From: a virus
Length of the DNA: 55,862 bases
Direction: 5' to 3' (one strand)
IMG/VR virus record: IMGVR_UViG_3300045988_011856
Location: 1-55,862 of that record
How positions within the stretch are numbered: position 1 is the stretch's first letter; each line of letters starts with the position of its first letter. Below the pieces are notes generated by a model. It was not told where the DNA came from, searched no databases, and saw nothing but the letters and a program-made list of their open reading frames with translations. The translations under genes were made by a program, and so were the position numbers. This document shows positions 26,121 to 34,111 of the stretch, piece by piece.

Positions 26121-26303
26121 CTAATTAAGAAGAGAATCAACAGTTACATTTAAAACCTTTGCAACGGCGTTAAGGTTTTCTGCACTAGGGCAAGATTCGT
26201 TCCATTTGCGGATTGTAGCATTGCTAAGTCCTGCTTCTTTCTCGACTCTCATAATGTTTGTGCCCTTTTCATTGCAAAGTTGCTTGATTTTGTCGTAAAG
26301 CAA
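26121..26303 (-). CDS. Cro-like XRE-family HTH regulator
   Basis: GTNIMRVEKEAGLSNATIRKWNE HTH. GGGAGG RBS. Divergent from the cI-like gene. Confidence 0.8.
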   Translation of the reverse strand: MLYDKIKQLCNEKGTNIMRVEKEAGLSNATIRKWNESCPSAENLNAVAKVLNVTVDSLLN

Positions 26304-26330
26304 ATTACATACCTCCCTTTCTATAGACTT

Positions 26331-26344
26331 AGAAAATATTCTAT
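26331..26344. promoter_or_regulatory. Operator O1, TAGAAAATATTCTA
   Basis: Palindrome TAGAA-N4-TTCTA that abuts the -35 of the rightward promoter. Confidence 0.6.
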
Positions 26345-26373
26345 TGACATAATGTAGATAATATTCTAAAATA
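26345..26373 (+). promoter_or_regulatory. Rightward promoter (toward the cI-like gene)
   Basis: TTGACA-17 nt-TAAAAT. Confidence 0.6.
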
Positions 26374-26417
26374 AATTTGCCAAATGAATTTAAGAACAGT
26401 CTCTATTTATATTTCGT

Positions 26418-26431
26418 AGAACATTTTCTAG
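26418..26431. promoter_or_regulatory. Operator O2, TAGAACATTTTCTA
   Basis: Same palindrome. Lies just downstream of the leftward -10. Confidence 0.6.
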
Positions 26432-26443
26432 TTGATAAAGCCA

Positions 26444-26472
26444 TTATATAGAAGATGTTCTAGTTTGTCAAC
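26444..26472 (-). promoter_or_regulatory. Leftward promoter (toward cro-like and early genes)
   Basis: The minus strand reads TTGACA-17 nt-TATAAT (perfect consensus). Operator O3 occupies the spacer. Confidence 0.7.
26450..26463. promoter_or_regulatory. Operator O3, TAGAAGATGTTCTA
   Basis: Same palindrome, 32 bp centre-to-centre from O2 and from O4. Confidence 0.6.
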
Positions 26473-26481
26473 CCATTTTAT

Positions 26482-26495
26482 AGAAATTGTTCTAG
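26482..26495. promoter_or_regulatory. Operator O4, TAGAAATTGTTCTA
   Basis: Same palindrome. Confidence 0.6.
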
Positions 26496-26512
26496 TGAAA
26501 TGGAGGAAAATT

Positions 26513-26848
26513 ATGACACCGCTAGAAAGAATTAGGTTATTGTGCAAAAAAGCAGGGATTAGCATGACTGCCCTAGAAGAAAAGCTGGAATTTAGCAACG
26601 GCTCTATATCAAAACCGAAGGATATTCCATCATCGAGAATAATAAAAATTGCTGAATATTTTGGAGTGAGTGCAGATTGGATATTGACAGGCGAAGAAAA
26701 CTCCGCATTTTCGGATGAATCAATCCATCTTGCATCGAAAATTGTTTTAGACGCGGAATTAAGCAGTAAGATTGAAAAACTTCTATCTCTTTCGGACAAG
26801 AAGAAAAAGCACGTTTTTGAATTGATCGATTTATTGAGTGAGGAATAG
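26513..26848 (+). CDS. CI-like XRE-family HTH repressor (no S24 peptidase domain seen)
   Basis: Trimmed to MTPLERIRLLCKKAGISMTALEEKLEFSNGSIS after GGAGGAAA. Confidence 0.8.
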   Translation: MTPLERIRLLCKKAGISMTALEEKLEFSNGSISKPKDIPSSRIIKIAEYFGVSADWILTGEENSAFSDESIHLASKIVLDAELSSKIEKLLSLSDKKKKHVFELIDLLSEE

Positions 26849-26850
26849 TT

Positions 26851-27039
26851 GTGTATAGAAATGTTCGTGGTTTTTGTGATAAAGAAAATAAGGATGTAAA
26901 TATCTTAATCGAATGTATACCATATAAAAATACGGAAGGTATTATATACGCAAAAGGCGGGATAAACTGCTTAGATAAGGAAATATCCCACCATTGCGCA
27001 AGGGAAGATTGCCCTATTTGGGTTCATTATCATCCTTGA
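26851..27039 (+). CDS. hypothetical small Cys/His-containing protein (GTG start)
   Basis: Follows the repressor gene after 2 nt. Confidence 0.45.
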   Translation: MYRNVRGFCDKENKDVNILIECIPYKNTEGIIYAKGGINCLDKEISHHCAREDCPIWVHYHP

Positions 27040-27268
27040 ATTTAAAAATGATTTCATTTTCTCCGTCTTTGCCCTCTAATTGAGTGATAAACGGAGAATC
27101 TACCGTCATGTCGATACAGTTCATGTCGATGCTGACAACAGGCATGGACTGCGCTTTCTTTTCAAATCGTATGCTTCGCACTCCATGCACGACATGACCA
27201 TCAATAAGGACTTGACAATAGATGCTATCTTCGTCTATTGTCTTTATTTCAAGCTTTGAATGTTTCAT
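27014..27268 (-). CDS. hypothetical protein
   Basis: Intact ORF. ATGA coupling with the upstream small ORF. Confidence 0.55.
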   Translation of the reverse strand: MKHSKLEIKTIDEDSIYCQVLIDGHVVHGVRSIRFEKKAQSMPVVSIDMNCIDMTVDSPFITQLEGKDGENEIIFKFKDDNEPK

Positions 27269-27375
27269 TTTTCAATCTCCTTCACAATGTCAGAAATAAA
27301 AATATAAATGCAACGCAAAATCCTTGAATCATCGATTTTATCAAGCAATTCAATTATCATCTTTTTAAAGTCCAT
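27265..27375 (-). CDS. possible small protein (36 aa)
   Basis: GGGGG upstream. Stop overlaps the next ATG. Confidence 0.35.
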   Translation of the reverse strand: MDFKKMIIELLDKIDDSRILRCIYIFISDIVKEIEK

Positions 27376-27546
27376 AACAATACCCCCAATCCTTATACCC
27401 TATTATAGAACATACGTTCTGCATAGTCAACGATAATTTGAGGGCAAGACCATGCCAAGCCTTACCCCCACCAGAACTTGAAGCCGTCCTTTCGGACAAG
27501 TAAATGATACTATGGTAAACGGATGAAATATGGAAATTATTGTCGA

Positions 27547-27696
27547 TTACTCATCAGCTTTTGTAACTGTTCCATCCTCATTCAAAACATATCCTTCGCT
27601 CACAAGTTCTTCCTTGACCTTATCCTGCCACAGTTTAGGCACGTCAGTCCATTTTTTCAGACCGTTCTTTACCCGATATACATAAAAGTTTACCAT
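27547..27696 (-). CDS. XkdX-family small phage protein (49 aa)
   Basis: MVNFYVYRVKNGLKKWTDVPKLWQDKVKEELVSEGY... fits the XkdX pattern. GGAGG upstream. Below the track cutoff. Confidence 0.6.
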   Translation of the reverse strand: MVNFYVYRVKNGLKKWTDVPKLWQDKVKEELVSEGYVLNEDGTVTKADE

Positions 27697-27697
27697 A

Positions 27698-28081
27698 TTA
27701 TTTTACCTCCATTTCTGCCGCCATTGTTGCTAATTCTTCAATTGCTCCAGCGTTTACTTCATACCCTGCCTTCAACTCATCGATGGCTTTCTCAATCTCT
27801 GTTTTCGTACGAAGCATTACTGTAACGGTATATGTACCATCTTCCTTACCATCATCCCCGAAATTTGGTAAATATGTGAATCCACTATTCTTAAGGTTCT
27901 CATACTCACCGGAAATCTCTCCATTGTGGGTAAAAGTTACTTTTGAAATGTTCTCAGCGTTGAACTTGTCTGTGATGGTCTTGACTTCATCGAAGTTTTT
28001 TGCCTGGATCTGAATATTACCGAGACTCGCACCATCTGCGATCTCGAACTCAGTTTTGTCTTTCAAAATAATTTTGTCCAT
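27698..28081 (-). CDS. hypothetical tail-associated protein (XkdW position)
   Basis: Intact ORF between the tail fibre and XkdX-like genes. Confidence 0.6.
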   Translation of the reverse strand: MDKIILKDKTEFEIADGASLGNIQIQAKNFDEVKTITDKFNAENISKVTFTHNGEISGEYENLKNSGFTYLPNFGDDGKEDGTYTVTVMLRTKTEIEKAIDELKAGYEVNAGAIEELATMAAEMEVK

Positions 28082-28122
28082 GTTTTTTATTCCTTTCTAT
28101 ATATGTTTTTACGAGTTACTAA

Positions 28123-28464
28123 ACTAATTTAAACGGCAGTTTAAAAGAAATTGAGTTAACGAGGTATAATATCGAAGGTATTGACACAAGCAGCGTGCAG
28201 TGTTTTGTAAAAAATAATATAGCATACGTCAATATTGGCGTATATTATAGAACGAAAGAGGCAATAACTGGATGGACGAAAATTGTTAGTAATCTTCCAA
28301 TTCCTGCATATACCAAGCGAACGTTCATACATTATTCGCAAAATGATGACGGTGGCCTTATTGCAGGTATTTTGCTAAATAGCAATGGAGAATTGATGAT
28401 TGAAGGAGGTAGACTTTCATACACTAAGTTTATCTGCTCACTAATATCGTATCCTATAAAATGA
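28123..28464 (+). CDS. start-less alternative tail-fibre C-terminal cassette (silent orientation)
   Basis: The frame is open from 28123 and has no ATG. It begins TNLNGSLKEIE... and shares the LNGSL-encoding 19-bp repeat, in phase, with the tail-fibre gene on the other strand. Confidence 0.6.
   Translation, partial: TNLNGSLKEIELTRYNIEGIDTSSVQCFVKNNIAYVNIGVYYRTKEAITGWTKIVSNLPIPAYTKRTFIHYSQNDDGGLIAGILLNSNGELMIEGGRLSYTKFICSLISYPIK
28127..28145. repeat. Inverted repeat, left copy (ATTTAAACGGCAGTTTAAA)
   Basis: Exact reverse complement of 28958-28976. Confidence 0.95.
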
Positions 28465-28470
28465 TATTAC

Positions 28471-29553
28471 CTATATATTGTTTGCAAGATCAATGCTGCA
28501 CACAATTACTTCGCCATCAGAGATTTCAGGGACTAAATAAGCCTCAACATGTTCAGCTGATTGTATTCCTTCATTAAATGGAATAAATGATAATATTTCA
28601 GTTGCGTTTATAAATGCATTAGAATACACATCAAGAAATATTGTATTACCACTCCTTACAATCCGAACCCTTTTTAATACAGTTGTATTGTACCCGATAA
28701 CAGATATTCTTGCAGAATCATTGTATATTAAATAGAAATCTATTTTATGAAAACAACCTAGTGCATTTGAAAATGTTTGGCGAATTAGTGTTTCTATCAA
28801 TATGTAAGTAGAACCCTTTGCTATCGTGTCTACTTTACAGGTTATCTTTGCAAATCTGTACCAGCCAGCGCCTTCGTTTCCAATAGATTTATCTGAATAT
28901 AATCGAATTGCTCCTGATGGATTCAATGCACTTATATCGTTTTTAGTAGCAACATTATTTAAACTGCCGTTTAAATCACTTATCTGCTTTGCAAGTGATC
29001 CATCAATATTCGGGTTCGCCTGCCGCGCATCAAGTGCGAAGCCTTCCGCTGTGGTGATCTGATTATTCGCTACGTTTGCCGCAGGAAATGCTCCATCGAT
29101 GGCATCTTTTAAGGTATCTGCCAATTTGATTACATTGTTGACCTGGTCCATCGTGAGCGTTGTACCATCAATGTTGACTTGAAGTTTTCCATCCTCTCCA
29201 ATCGAAAGACCCTGTCCTGTTTCAACGCTCGGTTTGATTTCTGTGCCGTTGTATGTAAGTGAGCCATCTTTTGATTCTCCAAGTTTCGCAGCTACATCGC
29301 CGTCAATGCCATCAAGTTTCTTCTTATCTTCTTTCGGCATCAAACCATCTTCGGTATCTGTTGCCACATTAACGACACTGCCAGAAATCGATTTCGACCA
29401 ATATTCTGTATTTGTCGTTGCCGTTCCTGCCGAAACGTCTTTCTTCGCAAAATAAAGCGTATTATTGTGTGTTACTGCATCCAATCTCTTATATGCAGTT
29501 TGTGCATTCCACTCGCCCTTAGGTACGATTGCTACTCTACCTGCTACTGCCAT
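28471..29553 (-). CDS. tail fibre / receptor-binding protein
   Basis: The N-terminus GEWNAQTAYKRLDAVTHNNTLYFAKKD is typical of fibre proteins. Position follows the other tail-tip genes. Confidence 0.75.
   Translation of the reverse strand: MAVAGRVAIVPKGEWNAQTAYKRLDAVTHNNTLYFAKKDVSAGTATTNTEYWSKSISGSVVNVATDTEDGLMPKEDKKKLDGIDGDVAAKLGESKDGSLTYNGTEIKPSVETGQGLSIGEDGKLQVNIDGTTLTMDQVNNVIKLADTLKDAIDGAFPAANVANNQITTAEGFALDARQANPNIDGSLAKQISDLNGSLNNVATKNDISALNPSGAIRLYSDKSIGNEGAGWYRFAKITCKVDTIAKGSTYILIETLIRQTFSNALGCFHKIDFYLIYNDSARISVIGYNTTVLKRVRIVRSGNTIFLDVYSNAFINATEILSFIPFNEGIQSAEHVEAYLVPEISDGEVIVCSIDLANNI
28958..28976. repeat. Inverted repeat, right copy, inside the tail-fibre gene
   Basis: TTTAAACTGCCGTTTAAAT on the plus strand. 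Confidence 0.95.
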
Positions 29554-29554
29554 A

Positions 29555-30313
29555 TTAAGCCACCTCCCAATTCAAATTTCCATCATCATCAACTGTAAAA
29601 CTATCAGCCGTGTTATCCGTGTAGATTAACTCACCATCGTCATTCACATCAAAAGTGGCAAGGTTCAGTTTCTTGTCAAGATTATCACTGTACCCCTTGG
29701 CTTTTTCTGCATATTCATTTGCAGAATTTGCATAACCTTTTGATAAATTTGCCTGCGACTCCGAATCCTTTGCGGACTTGTCAGCCGAAACTGCTGACGA
29801 TGCTGCTTTCGCTGATTCAACCTTAATGTCTGCTAAGTAGTCCGGTCTCAATTTATCCTCGGTAATCGAACCGTTCTTAATTGAGAATGAATAGGTCTTA
29901 TTGACACCCTCTCCGCTTACCGATACCGCGATTTCGTCCGAATCCTCAAATGTAAGAATCGGAATCATTGCACCGATATTCGCCGTAAACTTCGTGCCAT
30001 CATCGGTTGTCATGGTTAGGATACCATCATCGGATAAAGCGAAAGATACCGGAATCTTTTCAATATTAAGGTCGAACAGAATCTTTTCTCCGCTCAACTT
30101 CGTGATAGTGATTATTCCGGTATTTTCATCGATCTCCCAATCCTTAATCAATGAATTTGCGGTAATCGCATCAAACTTGGTTTCATCCATAGCAACGACA
30201 CGATCATCAATCGCATCTAATCCTGAATCCATTCTGTTAAGATTCGTTTCATTTACCGCCGTTTCTTCGCTAGGGAAGTTCTTCCAATTTATACGGCTAT
30301 AAATCTTCTGCAT
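29555..30313 (-). CDS. tail fibre / baseplate-associated protein
   Basis: N-terminus INWKNFPSEETAVNETNLNRMDSGLDAID is typical of Firmicute phage tail proteins. Confidence 0.65.
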   Translation of the reverse strand: MQKIYSRINWKNFPSEETAVNETNLNRMDSGLDAIDDRVVAMDETKFDAITANSLIKDWEIDENTGIITITKLSGEKILFDLNIEKIPVSFALSDDGILTMTTDDGTKFTANIGAMIPILTFEDSDEIAVSVSGEGVNKTYSFSIKNGSITEDKLRPDYLADIKVESAKAASSAVSADKSAKDSESQANLSKGYANSANEYAEKAKGYSDNLDKKLNLATFDVNDDGELIYTDNTADSFTVDDDGNLNWEVA

Positions 30314-30323
30314 AGGCTACCTC

Positions 30324-30548
30324 CTATTCCGCAGAATAAGCATCCACTGCATCTTCAAACTCCGCTCTGTCAGCCTTGAATATATCCTTGTTCGCCTTGT
30401 AAAGTTCCTCGTCCTGAATGGAATAATTTACATTGTGTTTTCCATCCGTTCCGATATTTGCATTAAAATAAGCAAATACTTTCTGTTTTCCATCAACCTC
30501 AACACTTGACATTCCACTGAAATTAACTGATTTTTGAACTGATAACAT
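30324..30548 (-). CDS. hypothetical protein
   Basis: Intact ORF. Confidence 0.55.
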   Translation of the reverse strand: MLSVQKSVNFSGMSSVEVDGKQKVFAYFNANIGTDGKHNVNYSIQDEELYKANKDIFKADRAEFEDAVDAYSAE

Positions 30549-32730
30549 CTAACATTTCCTCCATTTTTTCTAGTCTTTTATTTAAAATATCAACTTCTCC
30601 TTTTAAAGCGAAGTTATCCAATTTTAACTCTTCAATCTCCTTTTGTTGCTTTTGAATCATATAAATGTGTAGCGCGTGGAATTGATCGTAATCAACTCGG
30701 TACACATCATCTCCGCCTGTATATTGAGCTTCGGCAGTATCGGCAAGCGGTTTTGATTTTCGCACAATGCTATATAAATCAGGATTTATATCATGATCGA
30801 TCATATCCTTTTCAGTCCATTGAGCGATAACACCGAACTGATATTTTCCGTCTTCGCCAACACCAACACTATTTTTATACTTGTGCCTTGTAGGAATGAG
30901 ATTCATATAAAAGTCTTCAATTGCTGATTCAGTAATCGAAGATATATCTTTTTTAAGTCTTTTATCGGAAAGTTTTGTCTTCAAATCATCATATGAAATC
31001 TTTGAACCATTAATCACGGTTCCGTTCATGTGAATACTGTTATATACGCCAGCGGTTGAATCTCCGGAAAACCACGTCACGGGGAGATCTGAATATGTAA
31101 GAAGAGCAGATCCATCATTTGCGTATATATTCCCTCGTGCACAAAAATTACTATTCGCGTAGAATCCCATAGCGCCACCGCCCGGAAGCTTTCCATAACT
31201 TAACTGACCGCTATGAGCGTCGCTGAACTCTTCATAAAAAGAGAGCTGACCACCAATAGCTGCGTCTCCTGTATCCTCGTCAACCTTGAAATTTCCACAG
31301 TCAATCTCTAAATGGTTTGCCCGAAGTGATATAACTTCTGACGTTTGATTAATCTCTGAAACAACCTCTCCATAGGAAACCTTTGTGCTGATCGCACTAG
31401 CAGTCTGCTGTATTTGAGAACTCATTACGCTATCCGCTTTCTGCCGATTTGTAACCTCGGTTTGAATCATTTCTGCGGTCTGCTCAAACTTGGAACTTGT
31501 CTGCTTGTCCAAATCCTCGTATTGCGACAACAGATGATCTGCATTACGTTCAAGTTTGCTTGTTCGTCTTTGCACGCTTTCCAATGTCTCACGCATGGAA
31601 TTAACCTTTGCACTGTGTATTTCCGTACCTTGTGCTGCAATCGAATCACGCTTGCTTTGTACTCCGGTCAATGTTCTCTGCAGGATGTACGTCTCAACAA
31701 TCTCACGCGTTGTATTGAATCTGATAGGATCTCCAAGCTCCAGACACGGATTGCCGACACATGTACACGTTTTCAGTGGCGTATATGCCGCCTGCTTCAT
31801 GATCGGAAACACGTTATTTGCGATCTGCTCCAACTCTGCGCCGGTCTTGTCTGATACAAGAAAGTTACCGGAAATCACATAGTTATTGCCGGGAGTACCA
31901 ACAATAGCACCGGCACTAGAATCATCCGGTCTGATTTCAAGCTGCGTGATTGCCTTGCTTTGGAAATCTTCATAGTCAAATGTGATGTAATGACCGCTCA
32001 TGGATTCCGTATTCGCATCAGCCGGAAACAGGTTATCCGAAGGAAACAAATCATCAGCCGGATAAACTGCACTGATAATGTTGGGCAAAATCACATACTC
32101 AAACTTGCCATCACGGTTGATATTTCCAAAGCATCCGTTAATCTCACAGATTGCCGTTACAACGGTTTTTCCGCTGATAGAGGACTCTTCTGTGACCGCA
32201 CTTGAATCGTCCGTCTGCGTGGCTACAAGAGTCTTATTGACCGTCATGGAATCATTGACAAGGCTTGTTTCAACTTGCGCAATTCCAAGATGCGCAAAAA
32301 AGCTATCGCGGAACTGCTTAAGCGTCATTGGAAAGCTAAGTCTTGCATACCAAGCCTTAACATCCGCATTGATGATGTCGTACATCGCGTCATATGCCGT
32401 AATCTGCCGTTTTGTTCTATCAGCCGTAGGAATATCAGAATAGACCTTATAAGCGCCGTATTGAGTCGGATTCTCCGTATCTCCGTCAAGTGTTTCTGAT
32501 ATCGATATGGTTTTTCCAACTAAGCTTCCGGCAGTGTTGTGAGCAGTGAACTTAACGCTATTCGCTTCACAACAACCGAATTTCAATTCTGATTCCGAAC
32601 ATAAGCTTTCTTCTAGTGAGAACGTTCCGCTTTCAAGCATTGAGTTGTCGATCGAAACATTTGTGCCGACAACCGAAATCAGCATTTGTTTATCAACGCT
32701 AGATTCCCAATACTTTTCTTTACTTGCCAT
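30523..32730 (-). CDS. tail tip / minor structural protein with C-terminal S74 intramolecular-chaperone domain
   Basis: N-terminal region (GTFSLEESLCSESELKFGCCEANSVKFT) resembles phage minor structural protein N-domains. C-terminal SDKRLKKDISSI...YQFGVIAQ is the auto-cleavage chaperone signature. Confidence 0.75.
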   Translation of the reverse strand: MASKEKYWESSVDKQMLISVVGTNVSIDNSMLESGTFSLEESLCSESELKFGCCEANSVKFTAHNTAGSLVGKTISISETLDGDTENPTQYGAYKVYSDIPTADRTKRQITAYDAMYDIINADVKAWYARLSFPMTLKQFRDSFFAHLGIAQVETSLVNDSMTVNKTLVATQTDDSSAVTEESSISGKTVVTAICEINGCFGNINRDGKFEYVILPNIISAVYPADDLFPSDNLFPADANTESMSGHYITFDYEDFQSKAITQLEIRPDDSSAGAIVGTPGNNYVISGNFLVSDKTGAELEQIANNVFPIMKQAAYTPLKTCTCVGNPCLELGDPIRFNTTREIVETYILQRTLTGVQSKRDSIAAQGTEIHSAKVNSMRETLESVQRRTSKLERNADHLLSQYEDLDKQTSSKFEQTAEMIQTEVTNRQKADSVMSSQIQQTASAISTKVSYGEVVSEINQTSEVISLRANHLEIDCGNFKVDEDTGDAAIGGQLSFYEEFSDAHSGQLSYGKLPGGGAMGFYANSNFCARGNIYANDGSALLTYSDLPVTWFSGDSTAGVYNSIHMNGTVINGSKISYDDLKTKLSDKRLKKDISSITESAIEDFYMNLIPTRHKYKNSVGVGEDGKYQFGVIAQWTEKDMIDHDINPDLYSIVRKSKPLADTAEAQYTGGDDVYRVDYDQFHALHIYMIQKQQKEIEELKLDNFALKGEVDILNKRLEKMEEMLDVISSKIS

Positions 32731-33136
32731 GATAAACACCTCCTATGAATGAGAACTTCACGGAGTCGTACTTTATTCCGCCTGCTACCGTGTACATAAC
32801 CGGCTGAATGTCTGCAATATAGCCGTACTGAGTCTCATAACCGCCAATCTCCGGTATGTATGCCGTGATATAACCCCCACGTTCATCAGCCTTGACGTAA
32901 TTCTTGCGAATATTCGACCAAAACTCGTTGAACTCTTTCTCGGTCAGCATGGCTTTGGTTTCAAATTCAACCTTAATCGCCTTAAGCTTAACCGCGTCAC
33001 GATGCTCGTAGCCATCTTCATCACTCCAAGGCTCATAGTCCTGCATATTCCGGTACGCGCTATATGTGTCTTGCTTAATCAATCCGTTTGGTATCGTGTA
33101 ATCGCCAAACTTGACTAAATAACCGCCATATCCCAT
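32720..33136 (-). CDS. short distal-tail-like protein
   Basis: Call rests on position upstream of the tail-tip gene. No motif-level support. Confidence 0.5.
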   Translation of the reverse strand: MGYGGYLVKFGDYTIPNGLIKQDTYSAYRNMQDYEPWSDEDGYEHRDAVKLKAIKVEFETKAMLTEKEFNEFWSNIRKNYVKADERGGYITAYIPEIGGYETQYGYIADIQPVMYTVAGGIKYDSVKFSFIGGVYHGK

Positions 33137-33154
33137 CGTTTACCTCCTAAAAAT

Positions 33155-33189
33155 GGGCATAAAAATAGCACCTACCATGTGGTAGATGC
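33155..33189 (-). terminator. Terminator-like hairpin closing the moron cassette
   Basis: On the minus strand: GCATCTACCA-CA-TGGTAGGTGC followed by TATTTTTAT. Confidence 0.5.
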
Positions 33190-33313
33190 CATTTTGTCTA
33201 TTGCTATTTAGCAACAAAAATGTTATTATTTAACAGAATCCTTGACGGGATTCCCTTCTCTGAGTAGTCGTTCAGTTCGCGGCTACTCTTTTTTTATTTT
33301 AAGGCATAACAAA

Positions 33314-33331
33314 AGCCGTGTTTCCACGGCT
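33314..33331 (-). terminator. Terminator after the DUF4352-like gene
   Basis: On the minus strand: AGCCGTG-GAAA-CACGGCT followed by TTTGTT. Confidence 0.55.
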
Positions 33332-33344
33332 TAAGTATTACTAT

Positions 33345-34046
33345 TTATTTTTCTACTTCAAAGCAAACCTTAGATTCACTCCAATAGTTTGTCTCATATT
33401 CAAGTGAAATTTCTTTTGCATCTTTTGGTATCTCAAAACACACAACGCCTTTTGTCTTTTTTCCTGCTGATAATGTAGCGTCCAAATCCTTGTCGTTACT
33501 TGAATAAGCGCTTTCCACATCATATCCATCAGCATAACAGTTAAAATCAAAAGAAGAAATATATTGGTCGGAATCTGAAATATTTTCAAACTCAAACTCA
33601 AATTTGTAAAACTCATGTTCTTTTGCCGGCTCGTCGTATTCGTCGGTGTACGGCTCGGCTTTCAAAAATGTAATCCTTAAGTCTTCCGTCTCAACGGTAT
33701 CTCCAACTTTAAAAGGCTCATCAACTTTTTCTTCTGTTGAATTTTCTGCAAGATCACTTTCCGTAGATTGAATTTGCGTTTCTTCATTTGATGATACTTT
33801 TTTAGGCGCATTGTTCGTATCATCGCTTGTAAATACAAACATTGCTAAAAAGAAAGTAATAATGCCGACTATTGAACATACCAAACCACCTATAGCCGTT
33901 CCATGCCCCTTGTTTTTCTGCAAAAGTGCTATAATCGCAAACACAATTCCAACTATTGCCGGAACTATTCCGATAGCAACGCACGACAATAAAATGCCTG
34001 CTATTCCGCACACCAAAGATGCAATTCCCCATCCGCTTTGTTTCAT
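33345..34046 (-). CDS. membrane protein with DUF4352-like extracellular domain (moron)
   Basis: ORF trimmed to MKQSGWG after AAGGAGG. Three TM segments precede a beta-rich domain (FYKFEFEFENISD...GVVCFEIPKD). It has its own promoter and terminators. Confidence 0.7.
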   Translation of the reverse strand: MKQSGWGIASLVCGIAGILLSCVAIGIVPAIVGIVFAIIALLQKNKGHGTAIGGLVCSIVGIITFFLAMFVFTSDDTNNAPKKVSSNEETQIQSTESDLAENSTEEKVDEPFKVGDTVETEDLRITFLKAEPYTDEYDEPAKEHEFYKFEFEFENISDSDQYISSFDFNCYADGYDVESAYSSNDKDLDATLSAGKKTKGVVCFEIPKDAKEISLEYETNYWSESKVCFEVEK

Positions 34047-34082
34047 AATCAAATTCCTCCTTGCTTGTAATATATACATATC

Positions 34083-34111
34083 AATATACCACAAGCAGAG
34101 GAGTTTGTCAC
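34083..34111 (-). promoter_or_regulatory. Promoter of the moron
   Basis: The minus strand reads GTGACA-17 nt-TATATT with TGG just upstream of the -10. The -35 overlaps the tape measure stop codon. Confidence 0.5.

Noticed and set aside
28123-29553. A diversity-generating retroelement as the source of tail-fibre variation.
   Set aside because: No reverse transcriptase gene and no template/variable repeat pair with adenine-specific differences is present. The only repeat is the short perfect inverted repeat.
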